A stretch of DNA of 64,000 nucleotides, from the NCBI RefSeq assembly GCF_963676685.1, contig NC_092349.1, positions 75,970,473 through 76,034,472 of the forward strand, read 5' to 3'. Positions 46,742 to 59,058 of this stretch are shown here, piece by piece. The position numbers and the translations under genes were made by a program. Position 1 is the first letter of the stretch; every line of letters starts with the position of its first letter. The DNA is from Mytilus edulis (Eukaryota). The notes below the pieces were generated by a model. It was not told where the DNA came from. It worked only from the letters and a program-made list of their open reading frames with translations, and searched no databases.

Positions 46742-47510
46742 GAGACGCATTAAAGGTACATATTCAGAACTTAGTTATACCTGCCGATGATCGCTGTTTT
46801 CGAAATCTGGACACGAAACATGCTCACTGTCTAAAACAATTTTATGAAAATCAGCAAATGTGTCATACAATTCTCATTGGCAACATTGTCGGCGATGTTA
46901 CTACTGATAAAGGTAATTTGTCAAAGTTTCTTCAAGAACCTGGCAAAGTAGCAGTTGAAACTTTAGGTGGTAATCATACAAGACATGCGCTACAATGTTT
47001 ATTCGCAAGCCAAACGAAGCCTATTAGCATGGTAACATGTCGGTTATACAACAAATTACCAGACGAGTTGGCGCTACAATTAGGGTATGAACACAATGCA
47101 TCTAATACATTAGGAAAACCGACAAGTTTTGTTGATTTAGTAAAGATGTTTCGAAAAGAAGCAACAAAAATAGTAGGAGATACAGATATTAGCTGCATGC
47201 AAAGTAGTGAAGTAAAGCAATGGAAAGATATTATATGTACTATTCTAGGGATGGACAGAAAGGCGGAAGAATTTCATAACAAGTACAAGATTGTTTTAAA
47301 AATTGCAAAATCAAAGGATTCCGTATGGAGAAAATTTTTAGAATTCTGTTCCGCTTTCGAAATGAATGAAATTAGAAATACTCCAAGAGGATCCTTAAAG
47401 ATTACACAGTTGAGAGATTTTTCAATGCTTTCTAGTGATAACCAAATACATATTTTGGAAGAAACTTTACAGACAAAAGACTGGAGAGTATTTAAGAGAG
47501 AAGTAGAAAG
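46742..47510 (+). CDS. Large exon (768 nt, about 256 codons) carrying a ParB/sulfiredoxin-like motif (…CHTILIGNIVGDVTTDKGNLSKFLQEPGKVAVETLGGNHTRHALQCLF…). It ends either at the stop TAA 47512-47514 or at the overlapping donor AAAG|GTAAAT.
   Basis: The track shows an ORF at 46858-47514 (218 aa). The frame is open back to acceptor gttttcttttag (AG 46740-46741) in phase 1, matching the previous exon. A long ORF in AT-rich sequence is unlikely by chance. The GGxHxRxA pattern resembles the sulfiredoxin FGGCHRYAA motif and the ParB GERRxRA motif. Confidence 0.65.
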
Positions 47511-48404
47511 GTAAATAAATGCAAATCATGTCGTGTGTACTGGAAAAAAAATTCACTGCACTACATGATTTTCTTAAAACTTGATTTTATATTTGTAACT
47601 TGGTTTGTAAAATATGCTTCATAAAAAAGGCATTCAGCATACATTTACGTTATATCGGGAATATTATTAAAAAAAAAAGAACCGTGGTTTTCGTAATTTA
47701 ATTCACAGTTTAAGGAATAATTGGAGCATTTCATTAACCTTGAGGAATCTCATTTGTAATATTATGATATTAAAAATGAGTTATGAAAAAAGGAATGTAC
47801 ACACCAATTTTTAAAAATTTATCACCTATAAAATTGTTCACGAAAACAAAACACAAAAAAAAACCTAATAAACACCAAGACAAGAATAAAAAAAATGTAC
47901 AGGCAATGTTAATGAGAGACAGCAACCAAACGACACAAATAAACTAAAATTATCTAGAGACAACACATAGCCTTAAAAATATAGGCGGTCTCCATGCACT
48001 TTATCAAGCTCTTAATTTTCCATTATATACATCTTGTGAATAAGTTATACAAAGACTACCAAAGATCTTTCGTTTAATCTAAATCCCCCCCAAAAATGTA
48101 TTTATGAAATGTCAATCGCAAAGTCATCTCGTCAACCTTCTTGATAGGTCGGGTATTTGGTGGTTGATGTAGACTGCAGCCTTGTAATTTTGTAAACTTA
48201 TGTTTTTTTTTTTTGTTTTTAATGTATAATTGGGCTAAAGTGCAATTTCAAAGATCTAATCGATATTTATGGTAATAAGCCCACCTTTCATTTAAAAAAA
48301 AACCGGTATATTGAAATATTACAGAAAAGAGCTGACACTGTACGTACATGTATATCAGTAATGAAGTTACCGACTTAGATAATATCACTGGATTTATTTT
48401 GTAG

Positions 48405-48482
48405 TGTAAGTTCAGATCGAAAGAAAACGATTGGGAAAACGAAAGCAGATCCGTCAGATGTTGACAGAAAGATCAATGAAAA
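48405..48482 (+). CDS. Candidate small exon (…SVSSDRKKTIGKTKADPSDVDRKINEK), phase 2 in and phase 2 out.
   Basis: Acceptor ttattttgtag and donor AAAA|GTATGT. The phases are compatible with a splice from 47510 and into 48957. Weak evidence on its own. Confidence 0.3.
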
Positions 48483-48956
48483 GTATGTTAGCATTTTAAA
48501 CGAACATACAGAATAAGTTTCATGCATCCATTTATGACAATATTTTGTTCAGTTTTATCATTTCACGGGATTTCCAAATATCATTGATTTATATGATTGC
48601 GTACTTTAATGTTTGAACATCATTTGGTGCATTTCCGAACGTGCATCTAAATTATAAATTCCTACTGGCGGCACAAAACTGCCATTTTGATTTATTTTAG
48701 TTTACGATATTATTTCAAAACTGTCCTTTTGTTAATAACTGTTAAGAGATATTTTTTTAAATTTTAAGGTTTTAATTTGTTGATGAAACTTTTCAATATT
48801 ATATACCTGCAGACTCTCAATATTCTGTTGAAAGCTGGTTTAACTGTAGTAATAAGAGAATAGTTCACTCCTCCTCCATTACAAGTATTTAAAATGTGCC
48901 TTTGCTTATTTGAATTAACCCATTAAATTATTGAGCATTTCATTATATTTATCTAG

Positions 48957-49260
48957 TGAGTGTAAAATAAAACAACTGACTGCCGAAAGAGAAAAATTGG
49001 CAACTACTTCATCAACATTAAAATCAAAGTTGACAGAAGAACAAAAGAAAACAGAGGACTTCGAGACATTGTTGAATCAAGAAAGGAAAAAATGCAGTGC
49101 ACTTGAAACTAAATTACAGCAACTGAGGAGATCAGAGAATGAACTCAAAGTTGTCTTGGATAAGCAGATTGATAAAAATGAAAAATCTAGTAATCTGCTA
49201 CAAGTTGAAAAAACAAAATACCAAACCCTGGAAGAAATGTACAATAAATTGTTAAGTTGA
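48957..49260 (+). CDS. Coiled-coil exon (…ECKIKQLTAEREKLATTSSTLKSKLTEEQKKTEDFETLLNQERKKCSALETKLQQLRRSENELKVVLDKQIDKNEKSSNLLQVEKTKYQTLEEMYNKLLS). The 3' end is ambiguous: stop TGA at 49258-49260 versus the weak donor AA|GTTGAG.
   Basis: The track shows an ORF at 48931-49260 (109 aa). Acceptor tttatctag (AG 48955-48956). It has heptad-like charged/hydrophobic periodicity. Confidence 0.5.
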
Positions 49261-49609
49261 GTACTCTGTTTTTTAGGGCTGTAATAGCCCTTTTGACAAA
49301 ACGCTTATTATTTTGTTGATGATATATGGAATAATATTCTGCAACAGACTTACGATAGTTATCAGATCACATTAATGATGCATAAAGAGTTGTTCAATTG
49401 ACCATGCAGTCTGATGATCTTGATCTTGCATTACATAATTAATCAAACATATTTACCAGCTTAGAATAAATACCAGAGACAACAAAGAAAAATAATTTAT
49501 ACAAGAAACATCTTACATGTTATGTACTTGTATTTAAACATAATAAGAAAATATTCCTTATTCAAATGTTCTCAATACGCAAACTCTGAAAACAATGATG
49601 TTTTTACAG

Positions 49610-49711
49610 GAAGAAGCAAAAGCTTGTTTAGAAAAGAAAGTTCAGGAATTTGAAGAATCTAGTAGATGTCAACATATTGAAAAACACAAAAGCCAAGTAG
49701 ACAACTCTGTT
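49610..49711 (+). CDS. Exon EEAKACLEKKVQEFEESSRCQHIEKHKSQVDNSV. Alternatively a first coding exon starting at ATGATG 49595.
   Basis: Acceptor gtttttacag (AG 49608-49609) and donor GTT|GTAAGT (49712-49717). Phase 0/0 joins the downstream Tudor exons. Confidence 0.5.
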
Positions 49712-50117
49712 GTAAGTTTTATAACCTACGTATATATTTACCTTACAATTAAAAAAAAATGTCCTTTAATTTTTGTTAATTGTTTGTTCAACAAATGATA
49801 TTCACTTTGTTGGTCTGAGTGAACGTAATTAACTTAAAATCGGGAAGATGTGTTGAGTTTCGTACGTAATTCTTCTTTAGAAGTAAGTTACAAAATAATG
49901 TTGACCCCTGTGTTCATAATTTCTCATTTTTTAAATTTGGTCTGATTCTGTTATTCATATGCATTTGCTTTGCAAATGAATGATTTTCATTGGATAATTT
50001 TACAGTTTTTCCTTTTTATTATATTTTATTATAAATTTTAGTTCCAACGTGTGTATCGTCACGTTTGTTTCATCAACTATTATCTATATCAGTCTATATC
50101 AAGTTTACGTTAAGTTT

Positions 50118-50582
50118 TTATGCACCACCTACGATAGTAGAAGGGCATTACATGTATGTTTTCTGGTCTGTGCATCCTTCCGGCTGTACGTTCGTTCGTT
50201 CGTCCGTCCGTCCGTCCGTCCGTTCGTCCCACTTCAGGTTAAAGTTTTTGGTCAAGGTAGTTTTTGATGAAGCTGAAGTCCAATCAACTTTAAACTTAGT
50301 ACACCTGTTCCTTGTGATATGATCTTTCTTATTTTTAAACCAAATTAGACTTTTGACCCCATTTTCATGGTCCACTGAACATACAAATTAAAAGTGTGAG
50401 TTTCAGGTTAAAGTTTTTGGTCAAGGTAGTTTTTGATGAAGTTAAAGTCCAATCAACTTGAAACTTTTCAGGCCAAACTAGATCTTTTACCCAATTTCAC
50501 GGTCCATTCAACATGGAAAATGGTAATGCGAGTGGGCATCCGTGTACTTTGGATACATTCTTGTTCAATATAGATTTGTATA
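50118..50582 (+). mobile_element. Family C MITE, full copy with an internal duplication of the block caggttaaagtttttggtcaaggtagtttttgatgaag.t.aagtccaatcaactt.aaactt.
   Basis: Head gcaccacctacgatagtagaagggcat, a (CGTTCGTTCGTCCGTCCGTCCG) core, the duplicated block at 50228-50300 and 50404-50470, and tail gcatccgtgtactttggatacattcttgttc. The ORFs at 50049-50375 here are rejected. Confidence 0.8.
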
Positions 50583-50707
50583 TTAAGTTTGTTTGCTGTT
50601 GATGACTACATATTACTGTAACTGTCTGTGACTTGCCATTGTCTTTAGAAAACTTTTCATAATATCTCTTAAAAAGATATACACAACATATTTGTATATA
50701 TTTACAG

Positions 50708-50803
50708 GTATCTGGTAGAGATTTGGCTCCAAAACAAAAACTAAAAAATGACTGCAGTCACAGTGACAACTTAAACAAGAAGAAAAGAAGGATGAGTTCA
50801 AAG
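50708..50803 (+). CDS. Exon VSGRDLAPKQKLKNDCSHSDNLNKKKRRMSSK with a basic, NLS-like KKKRR stretch.
   Basis: Acceptor tatttacag (AG 50706-50707) and donor AAG|GTAAAT (GT 50804-50805). Length 96 nt, phase 0/0. Confidence 0.5.
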
Positions 50804-51221
50804 GTAAATAAAAGAATAAAAAATGTGTACAAACAACTATAACAAAATCTCTGATTACAGAATAATTCTGGACAGTATTGGCGTAAATAGACAGTGGGCA
50901 AATTTGAACATTCTGGACATTTCTGCCTCTCTAATATTTTTTTCTATCCAGAGCAATTTTGAAAAAAACTGATAAATCTGGCAATGTAATTTCATAGAAG
51001 ATTTGCTAAAAGGTTTACAGATAACGACAATACATGTTGTACGATATTTTTAACCTACTTTTAGGACGAGTTTAACTGCTGGACAGGTGGAGACTAGTCG
51101 GCCATGTCTTTAAACCTTGTCAATCTTTCGGGTCTAGACACAAAGAAATACACGGTGTGGTATAAACTCTATCATATGTTTTGTGCAGTTGTAAGATGCT
51201 TATTTTTCATTTATGTTGTAG

Positions 51222-51309
51222 GAGTTTGAAGTTGGTACGTCTGTTGAAGCATTTTGGTATCCAGACAAGTGTTGGTATACTGCAAAAATACTAATGAAGA
51301 CAGGAAAAG
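51222..51309 (+). CDS. Tudor-like domain exon, first part: EFEVGTSVEAFWYPDKCWYTAKILMKTGK(G).
   Basis: Acceptor ttatgttgtag (AG 51220-51221) and donor AAAG|GTAAGT (GT 51310-51311). The pattern GxxVxAxWxxDxxWYxAxI is typical of Tudor, SMN and 53BP1-type barrels. Confidence 0.65.
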
Positions 51310-52347
51310 GTAAGTACTGTTTTATGAAAACAAAATTTGGAGGGCAAATGTTATCAGATATAATATCAGACTGTACAAAGATAATTCTGTCGTATAAAGA
51401 AATAAAAGTGGAAATGTTTTGTACTCAATCAACACATGTACATATAAGTTGAAAAATAATCATATTAGTAAAAGTTTTCAATTCATGGTAGCTATCCTGA
51501 TGAAACAATTCAACAAAAAAGACGACGTTTATTTTTACAGAGGAGCACTTGTACTAAACTATCGTTTCGGTATATATTTATTTAATAAACTTTTTTAGTT
51601 TATGAACTTTGTTTTAAATCCATTTGCAAAGAGAACGCCAAGTATTAAATTTACGGTAATACAGAATTTTTTCAAAAGTACTACTTTTAGGCGTTGCATC
51701 GTCCTGAACATGCTTGTACTATTTCCCATTGGACGTCATTTTTTAGGCTTGTCACACTTTTTTTACGTTTTATAATGTTTTCTTTAAAATGAGCTAACTG
51801 CGAATGAGTTTTTTTTTTATAAAAAGGACTTCATAATGGTCGAGAAGATAATAATCCAAAGACTCAATATGCTGATTTTTTTATGAAAGAAACAGTAGTT
51901 GCACCAGTAAACCGGTTAATCAGTTGATCAGTTAGGGTCAAACATTCAGTCAAACATTAAGTCACATTAAGTCTAGGTCAAAGTTAAGGTTAGGTCAAGC
52001 ATATTTGACTTCACAAATCTAATACTTAATTTAACAAGGACCAGAGCAGAAGATATTGGCATGTAGTCATGTATTCTAAAACCAGGATTTATGACACTTA
52101 ATCTATCTGAAAAAGTACCGATAAAAGCATTACATGCTATATAATATATAATCACACATACTCCTGTATTTATCAGTAATTTATATGGCCAGGGGTACTA
52201 TTTTGAACCGACAAAAATACATCTTATTAATCGAAGTCAGTTACTCTTTACTAGTATCATTATAGTTTCAACATTCAAGTAAAATAGTCCACAATTTATT
52301 ATTCATTAAGACTCAGATCTTTTTAAAAAAAAATGATTTTTTTACAG

Positions 52348-52433
52348 GCTATGAAGTAAAGTATGATGTTGATAAATTTGTCAAAGATCTCCCCTTAAAG
52401 TATGTGAGAGCGGAAAAAAATTCTACAGAATAG
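52348..52433 (+). CDS. Tudor-like domain exon, second part, terminal: (G)YEVKYDVDKFVKDLPLKYVRAEKNSTE then a stop.
   Basis: Acceptor tttttttacag (AG 52346-52347). Phase 1 joins the previous exon. Stop TAG at 52431-52433. An AATAAA lies about 600 bp downstream, near 53042. Confidence 0.65.
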
Positions 52434-53147
52434 ATCGATTAGCTGAAACAAAGAAGAATGACCATCATTGGAGGAAAACTATGATGCACTTGCTAGCCAA
52501 AGTGGAGAAATATTTGACGAACATGTGTTTTTTGAATTATTATTGTTGTCCCTATAGAAATAATATAGATATTGTAAATAATGCGTAGTTGTTAATTATT
52601 GTCATAGAAAGTATCATATAGCTTTACTCTGCGTAAGGAATTTACAGCAGTCATTGTGACAAAGATGGGGATTTCTTTATCATTTACACCAGAAATTTGC
52701 GAAAAACAAAAAGAAAGCAATGGAAAATACCAATAATAATAATTATAATCAGTCACGTTTTGATTCATTGTGCTTATTAATTGCATTTGAAGTTGGATGG
52801 CGATGTTTAATTGATAAATGATATGAAAATATCATTGACTTTAAGTGTTCTACCATCTTAGATGAAGCGAATTAGTATCTACAACGCATATTTCAATATT
52901 AAAGACAGATACATACGACCGGTTCACAAAATCGTTAGAAAAATAAATCTAATTTCAAATAAAGAGTTCCAAAGTAATATGCAATTTCAATGTAATCAAT
53001 AGATCTGAAAAAAGAAACATTTATATGAAATTCATCTTTAAATAAATACTTCGACTGGTATGGTACACGTTTTTGTTTACCAGAAATATGCATCATTTCA
53101 GGGCCTTTTATTGTTGAAGATTCGGTATGGATTTTGCTCTTTTTTGA

Positions 53148-53238
53148 AGGCCATACGTCACAGTAAACCTATAGCTTTTTTATGTCATTTGGTCCCTTGC
53201 GGAGAGTTTTCTCATTCGCAATCATACCACATCTTCTT
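53148..53238 (-). repeat. Family A SINE/MITE-like fragment (reverse orientation).
   Basis: ...gtcatttggtcccttgcggagagttttctcattcgcaatcataccacatcttc. Confidence 0.65.
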
Positions 53239-53329
53239 ATTGAATATTTGAAAAAGAAAATGTTACCGGTTGATTATGATATACATGTACTGTATGTACC
53301 TTTCTAATCTATGAATAAGTGTGATTAGA

Positions 53330-53545
53330 GTAACGTTTTCACGTTGTTCTTGGTCTAAGAACCAAAAAGCAAATTTACGCATTATATTTTACATTCAATT
53401 TTGTTCTTGGTCTAAGAACCAAAAAGCGATATACGCATTATATTTTACATTCAATTTTGTTCTTGGTCTAAGAACCAAAAAGCGATATACGCATTATATT
53501 TTACATTCAATTTTGTTCTTGGTCTAAGAACCAGAAAAAATAAGA
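53330..53545. repeat. Tandem array: 61-bp unit, about 3.4 copies (gttcttggtctaagaaccaaaaagcgatatacgcattatattttacattcaattttgttc), each unit containing a GGTCTAAGAACC hairpin.
   Basis: Near-identical units begin at 53347, 53408, 53469 and 53530. Related GGTC..GACC motifs occur at 53585, 53707 and 53866. Confidence 0.85.
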
Positions 53546-56500
53546 TTGATAATAATTTATTTGATATCATTCGTTTAGTTGGTCCATAGACCAAAATCTG
53601 GTGGACAACAGCTCTATCATCTGCGTGAATGTAACATTTTTTTTGTTTAAATTAGTTAAATATAAACAACTTAGCGCTGACGCCTAATGTCCAAAGTGTT
53701 TCTGTTTTTGGTCTCGAGACCAGACTTTTTCAAGCATAAACAGTTTTATGCAAGTAAATACAAATAACAGTTTGTTGTGTTGTTTTCAAATGATGGGTTC
53801 ATGCAGGGATTCAGCCATACCTTTTATATATTTAATGTGAGAACTTACCCGTTTTTTTATATTCTGGTCCAATGACCAAAATATGTATACACCGATCTAA
53901 AAATGATTCCAATTCTGTTAGACAAAACTGTTATAATTTATCAAAAAACAATTTGGGGAAATTTCAATGTCACTGCTAGTGATATATCAATGGTATGGGT
54001 GTTAGAATTTTCAAAATTATTCAAACTTTGCAATGAAGTCAGTTAAATATGTCGATCTGCATTGGTATTTTAACTAGTACATGAATGTATAATGGTTGAC
54101 ATGTTTCAAAGAGGAAAAGAATGCATTTTCCCTTTTAGAAATGGATTCAGTTATAGGTATTTACTGCTCCTCCACTACACATGCAGTGTTATTGTGTGAG
54201 AGCAAAGTCAGTTAGAGTGAAATGTATCCTGCAGACTGTAAAAGCATGTAAATATCTTGTTTAGAGTGTGGGCCAATAACACAGCAGGGTTAGAATTTAT
54301 ATCTCATTATCATGTTCCTGTCCTAAATATGCATTTAATTTTCTACTGGATGTCAACCAGCCATCCATTCATCCTATGTTGCACACAGATCCTTACTTTT
54401 CCTTTCTTAAATTTGATATATATAGTTTAAAAAGCCATAATCTCAAATCTTATAAAACCCTTGTTTCTATTTTAAAGTTTTTAAAAGAAGAACGGTACTT
54501 ATGTTAAATGTTAGAAAAAATTAATAATTCCTGTCCAAATTTTTAATGGCTTTATATCTTATAAACAAGGATGACAGATCTGTAACTTTTGTTATACATG
54601 TAAGTTCTGTTATTTATATTAATTATTTTACTATCACTATATTACAGTCTCTTAAAAAGCATGTTATTATGAAAGAGAGTAGCAAAACCTCCTTACTTGA
54701 GTTAATATATCTATATGTCTGCTATCTATATTTCACTTTAACACCCTGAGTTGAGACTACTATGTTGAATTAGTTTCAGAAGGACCCAGGACAAATCACC
54801 CCACTTTTTCACAAACTAGTCTGACTTTTACGTCCCAAAATGGTTTATCAACTCACCCCACTTGTAAAAAGGTTTAAATCCTGTTAACTTTTCTCCTGCA
54901 GTGGCATCGACCAAATGGTGTAAATAGTTATCAAAGGTACAGGATTATAATTTAATACGACAGACACATGTTTTGTCTACATAATTAGACTCATCAGTGA
55001 CGCTCAGATCAAAATAGTTATAAAGCCAAACAAGTACAAAGTTGAAGAGCATTGAGGACCCAAAATTCCAAAAAGTTGTGCCAAATATGACTAAGGTAAT
55101 CTTTTCCTAGGATAAGAAAATCCTTAGTTTTTCGAAAATTTTAAAGTTTTGTCAACAGCAAATTAATTAAAATGACCATATAATGACCATATAATTGATA
55201 CAGCTCCCAACATTTGCTTTATTGAAAATACAAAAAAGCGAGACATATCTCTGTGATAACAGTTTATAATTATTTATTGTTAATTTGTTTTTTTTTAATC
55301 CTGAAACTATATATAAAGTGACTTCTCAGTGATAATGTATCCACATATCAAATACATAATTGATCAGATGATTATGGCCCTTTTTCGTTGTAGGAAACTA
55401 AAAGAGAAATAACAGAAAATAAAGAAAACAAAGGTATTTATAATATAACAATTAATATAGAGGTACATGAATTATAAGCAATATATAACTTAAAGAAACA
55501 TGTTATGATGGATGTAGACTTGCATGTGTATCAATAATGCAAAAGGGTCTTAACAATAAAGTTCTTTGTGCTAATGACCATATATTGAATTCCATTGAAA
55601 AAACAAATAATTTTGTATCTTTGATTTCATACAACAATTGGTTTTGTCAACACATTGTCAAAGACGTTACAAATTCAAAACAGATTGAGAATGCGTCAGA
55701 AAAACTTTAAGCTCCTTCCATTTTCTACTTTATTTCCATTAAAAAGCCTACAGTCAATGTGATTAAAAGATTAATTGATCCAAAAAGTAAGGTGCTCCCA
55801 TGCAGTGACCAATCATAAGAAAATGAGCGAGTGTGGAGATTTAATTTTAGTTAAGATTTATTCAGAAATTATTGCAATGTTTTTAGTATTATCAAATTTT
55901 CACAGGATAGGTTTTCTCAAAAATTATATAGCTCTTGAATTTTGATAGTGGGGAATTAACAATTTTTCAGTGATCCTAAAAATTTTCCCATCAATGCTCA
56001 TAAAAGAACATTTTTTATAGATAATTTTATTTTTGAGTATATTTAATCCATGTGTTTATCTTATATTTTTTCCATTATTTACAGACCCATCAGACTTGGG
56101 AGGAATATGGCAAGGACTTGTTAGGGTGAAGAAGAGATTGTCATTGATGGATGCATTGCCTCCCTTATATGAGGTTAGCTAAGTTAAATTACCTCCCCTG
56201 CATGAAGTTTTTTGATAAATAAAGATTTACAAGTACAAGATTTATACTTGGTGTTATCCCGTGTCTAGTGTATATTTTTGCATGAAATGCTTAGAACCTG
56301 TATGAAACTTATTTGAGAACAAATTGCAAGAACTTCAGGATACTTTGGGGATAAATGAATGGCTTCGGGGATTAGTCAATGTGAAGAGTCAAAAATTAGT
56401 TTAATGGTTCAATAAATTCAAAATAAACTATTGCCATTCATTGTAAATAAATTTCTATCAAAAATAAGGCGCAAAGAACTTTTTATATAATTTATATTAA

Positions 56501-57011
56501 CAAAAACAACGTACACACATGTGTGTCGCCATCAAAATTGACAACATTGAAAATAAAACTAAATAATTTTAACCAATCAGAAGACAGTAATTACACCAAA
56601 ATTATTTATTTAATAATAAATCATTTCAACATTCAAGACTACAATTAGTATCAAAGCCAGTCACTCTCTCTTGACTACATTTTATAATATACCCATTCAT
56701 TTTTGGAAAGGTCAGGAAATTGAGATGTAAGTTGATTTTACAGGGAGAATTTTACAAATTGACACCATATCTTCGGTTTTCTATATTTACACATTGATAT
56801 TGTACATTTTTAGCAGCATGCATGTGTCTTATGGCTGATATTTATTATGGGTTATTTTAATACACAGAAAAAATAAGGTAATCTGTTAAAAGTGCTATTT
56901 CTGGTCTCATCTTTGTTTGATTCCTGCTTTATAGGGTTTACACTTGATTAAAGTTGAAGTTTGATAATAATGTGACATCGCTGACAATTTTACAACTTGA
57001 TACCAGGTGTA

Positions 57012-57472
57012 ATACCACCATTGATTTTCCCTTATTAGTCTTTGTTAAATTTGCACTTTTCAAAAAAATGTGCAGAATTTATCTTTGTTTCAAATAAAGA
57101 AATACTTGGCATGAGTAAAGTTTTATCCTGTCCAGTACTATAGAAAAAAATTCACATAACATTTCATTGCATATAAGAAAATAACCATCATTGGAAGTTA
57201 ACCAATCAAATTCCTCCCCTTAATGTATCTGTGTACAAGGTTTAGTCACCATGTAACCTCAAGATTACAAAATTTTCTATATAAATCCCAAATAAAAATA
57301 ATTGTGTTTTGAAATACCCAAGACATATGTTTATGATACAGAAATGTTTTTACTGCAATAAAATGTAGGAGTAATTACCTACAACTGTCAAATTCAAGGG
57401 AATATTTTTTTAGACCTACTTTCGTATACAACCGGATGTGACGTACCATGATTTGGTGGTATTACACCTACC
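57012..57472. mobile_element. Family F MITE, second copy (15-bp TIRs aggtgtaataccacc / ggtggtattacacct).
   Basis: Aligns along its full length with 20208-20683. Confidence 0.8.
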
Positions 57473-57496
57473 AGATCTTTGTAACATAATAGATAT

Positions 57497-57605
57497 AAGT
57501 AGATGTGGTATGGGTGCCAATGAGACAACACTCCATCCAAGTCACAATTTGTAAAAGTAAACCATTATAGGTCAAGGTATGGTCTTCAACAGAAACATGT
57601 TTGGT
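57497..57605 (+). repeat. Family A SINE/MITE-like 5' fragment directly abutting the family F MITE.
   Basis: gtagatgtggtatgggtgccaatgagacaacactccatccaagtcacaatttgtaaaagtaaaccattataggtcaaggtatggtcttcaaca. Confidence 0.7.
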
Positions 57606-58319
57606 TTCACATATAATAAACATAAATGTATTTAATTTTACAAGAAGAATTTTACAACTTAGAGACCAGACCTATGTATTAACATGTTCAGTTTCACATC
57701 TTATATACATGGTATTTGATTTTACAGGGACAATTTTACAACTTGACACCCGATCTATGTGACATGTTGGGTTTATCATACAATAGAATACATGACATTC
57801 TAAAGTTACAAGGACTTTATTCCTTAGGTAAGAATAACACATTTTATTATCCTGAAAATGGAATATTGTGAATCAAATTCATGACATAAAATTCCTTTGA
57901 TATCCTTGGATAAAACAAAGAAAACTAGAACAGACAGCTTAAATAATTCCTCATCTCACAACTAAGAGCATTCATAGCTTACACACCATTACAAGTTAAA
58001 TTACCCCTAGCACTGGTTTGATCATGATTTGCTGCATGTCAAGTACATACAGAGCATATATCTGTTCATGATAGATTCTTTTTTAATTATTTTCGTGTCT
58101 TATATTCATACCTACTATCTACTTCAGGTTTCTTGTGTTTTATATTTGTAAAATTTTCTATTTGAAAATAGTCCACTGTAGGTTTGGACAAACATTCAGT
58201 TCAGCCTATCCTGTTATGTGAGTCCTCTGCACATTTTCATATAGAATTAAAGCAAACAATATTAGCTCTTAAAAGTATATATATTAAAACCCAGTTAAGG
58301 TGTTGACCCAGCTGTCCAA

Positions 58320-58560
58320 TGAATAAAATTGAGAATGGAAATGGAAATGGAGAATGAGTCAAAGAGACAACAACCCGACCATAGAGCAGACAACAGCCAA
58401 AGGCCACCAATGGGTCTTCAATGCAGCGATAAACTCCTGCACCCGGAGGAGTCCTTCAGCTGGCCCCTAAACAAATATGTTACTAGTTCAGTGATAATGG
58501 ACGTCATACTAAACTCCGAATTATACACAAGAAACTAAAATTAAAAATTAAAATCATACA
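58320..58560 (+). repeat. Family E interspersed repeat, second copy.
   Basis: ...caaaggccaccaatgggtcttcaatgcagcg...tagttcagtgataatggacgtcatactaaactc. Confidence 0.65.
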
Positions 58561-58735
58561 AGACTAACAAAGGCCAGAGGCTCACATATTGTAGACTTGT
58601 CATATATGAATAGGTTTTATTACTGACATTTCAGCATTTGGATCATACTATCATAATAACATATGCTATATCTCTGTGTCAACAGTTTAGTCTTTGCTTT
58701 TAAGATTTGAATTTAGTTTTTATATCTTTTTGCAG

Positions 58736-59058
58736 GTATCAGTGTGCAGTTACTAGCAGAAAGAGTCCTTGCATCAATCTTAATCTTTATATTCTTAATA
58801 AATGAATATGCAATTATAGACAAGACTATGATCCCAGATGTCATGATTACCCATGATGCATCTGATCATGCTGTCGACTTCAGAATCCTGTACAAAGGAA
58901 AATCTCAAAATGTGAAACTTGTAAAGAAAGAACTTGTTATTGTTTATAAGTGGTTGTTACAAATGAAAAAGGAACACTCAAATCTCATCAGGGATTTAGA
59001 ACTAGGGAACAGTGTGGAAGATTTCTTACGTAATTTGTATTTTGCATGTAAAATTTAA
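58736..59058 (+). CDS. Candidate terminal exon (..SVQLLAERVLASILIFIFLINEYAIIDKTMIPDVMITHDASDHAVDFRILYKGKSQNVKLVKKELVIVYKWLLQMKKEHSNLIRDLELGNSVEDFLRNLYFACKI then a stop) of an unidentified plus-strand gene.
   Basis: The track shows an ORF at 58744-59058. A good acceptor tatatctttttgcag immediately precedes it. Candidate upstream exons at 55397-55437 and 56091-56170 are not phase-compatible, so the linkage is unresolved. Confidence 0.25.

Noticed and set aside
55397-56170. Two small plus-strand exon candidates (ETKREITENKENK and PSDLGGIWQGLVRVKKRLSLMDALPPLYE) with canonical splice sites.
   Set aside because: They are phase-compatible with each other but not with the 58736-59058 candidate terminal exon. 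No recognisable motif is present. The evidence is too thin to annotate as features.
57727-57829. An exon-like open segment with good AG and GT boundaries (GQFYNLTPDLCDMLGLSYNRIHDILKLQGLYSL).
   Set aside because: The same ~95-bp sequence (aattttacaacttgacacc.ga.ctatgt...) is tandemly duplicated at 57640-57725 and recurs at 56745. It is repeat-derived and not phase-compatible with the neighbouring candidates.
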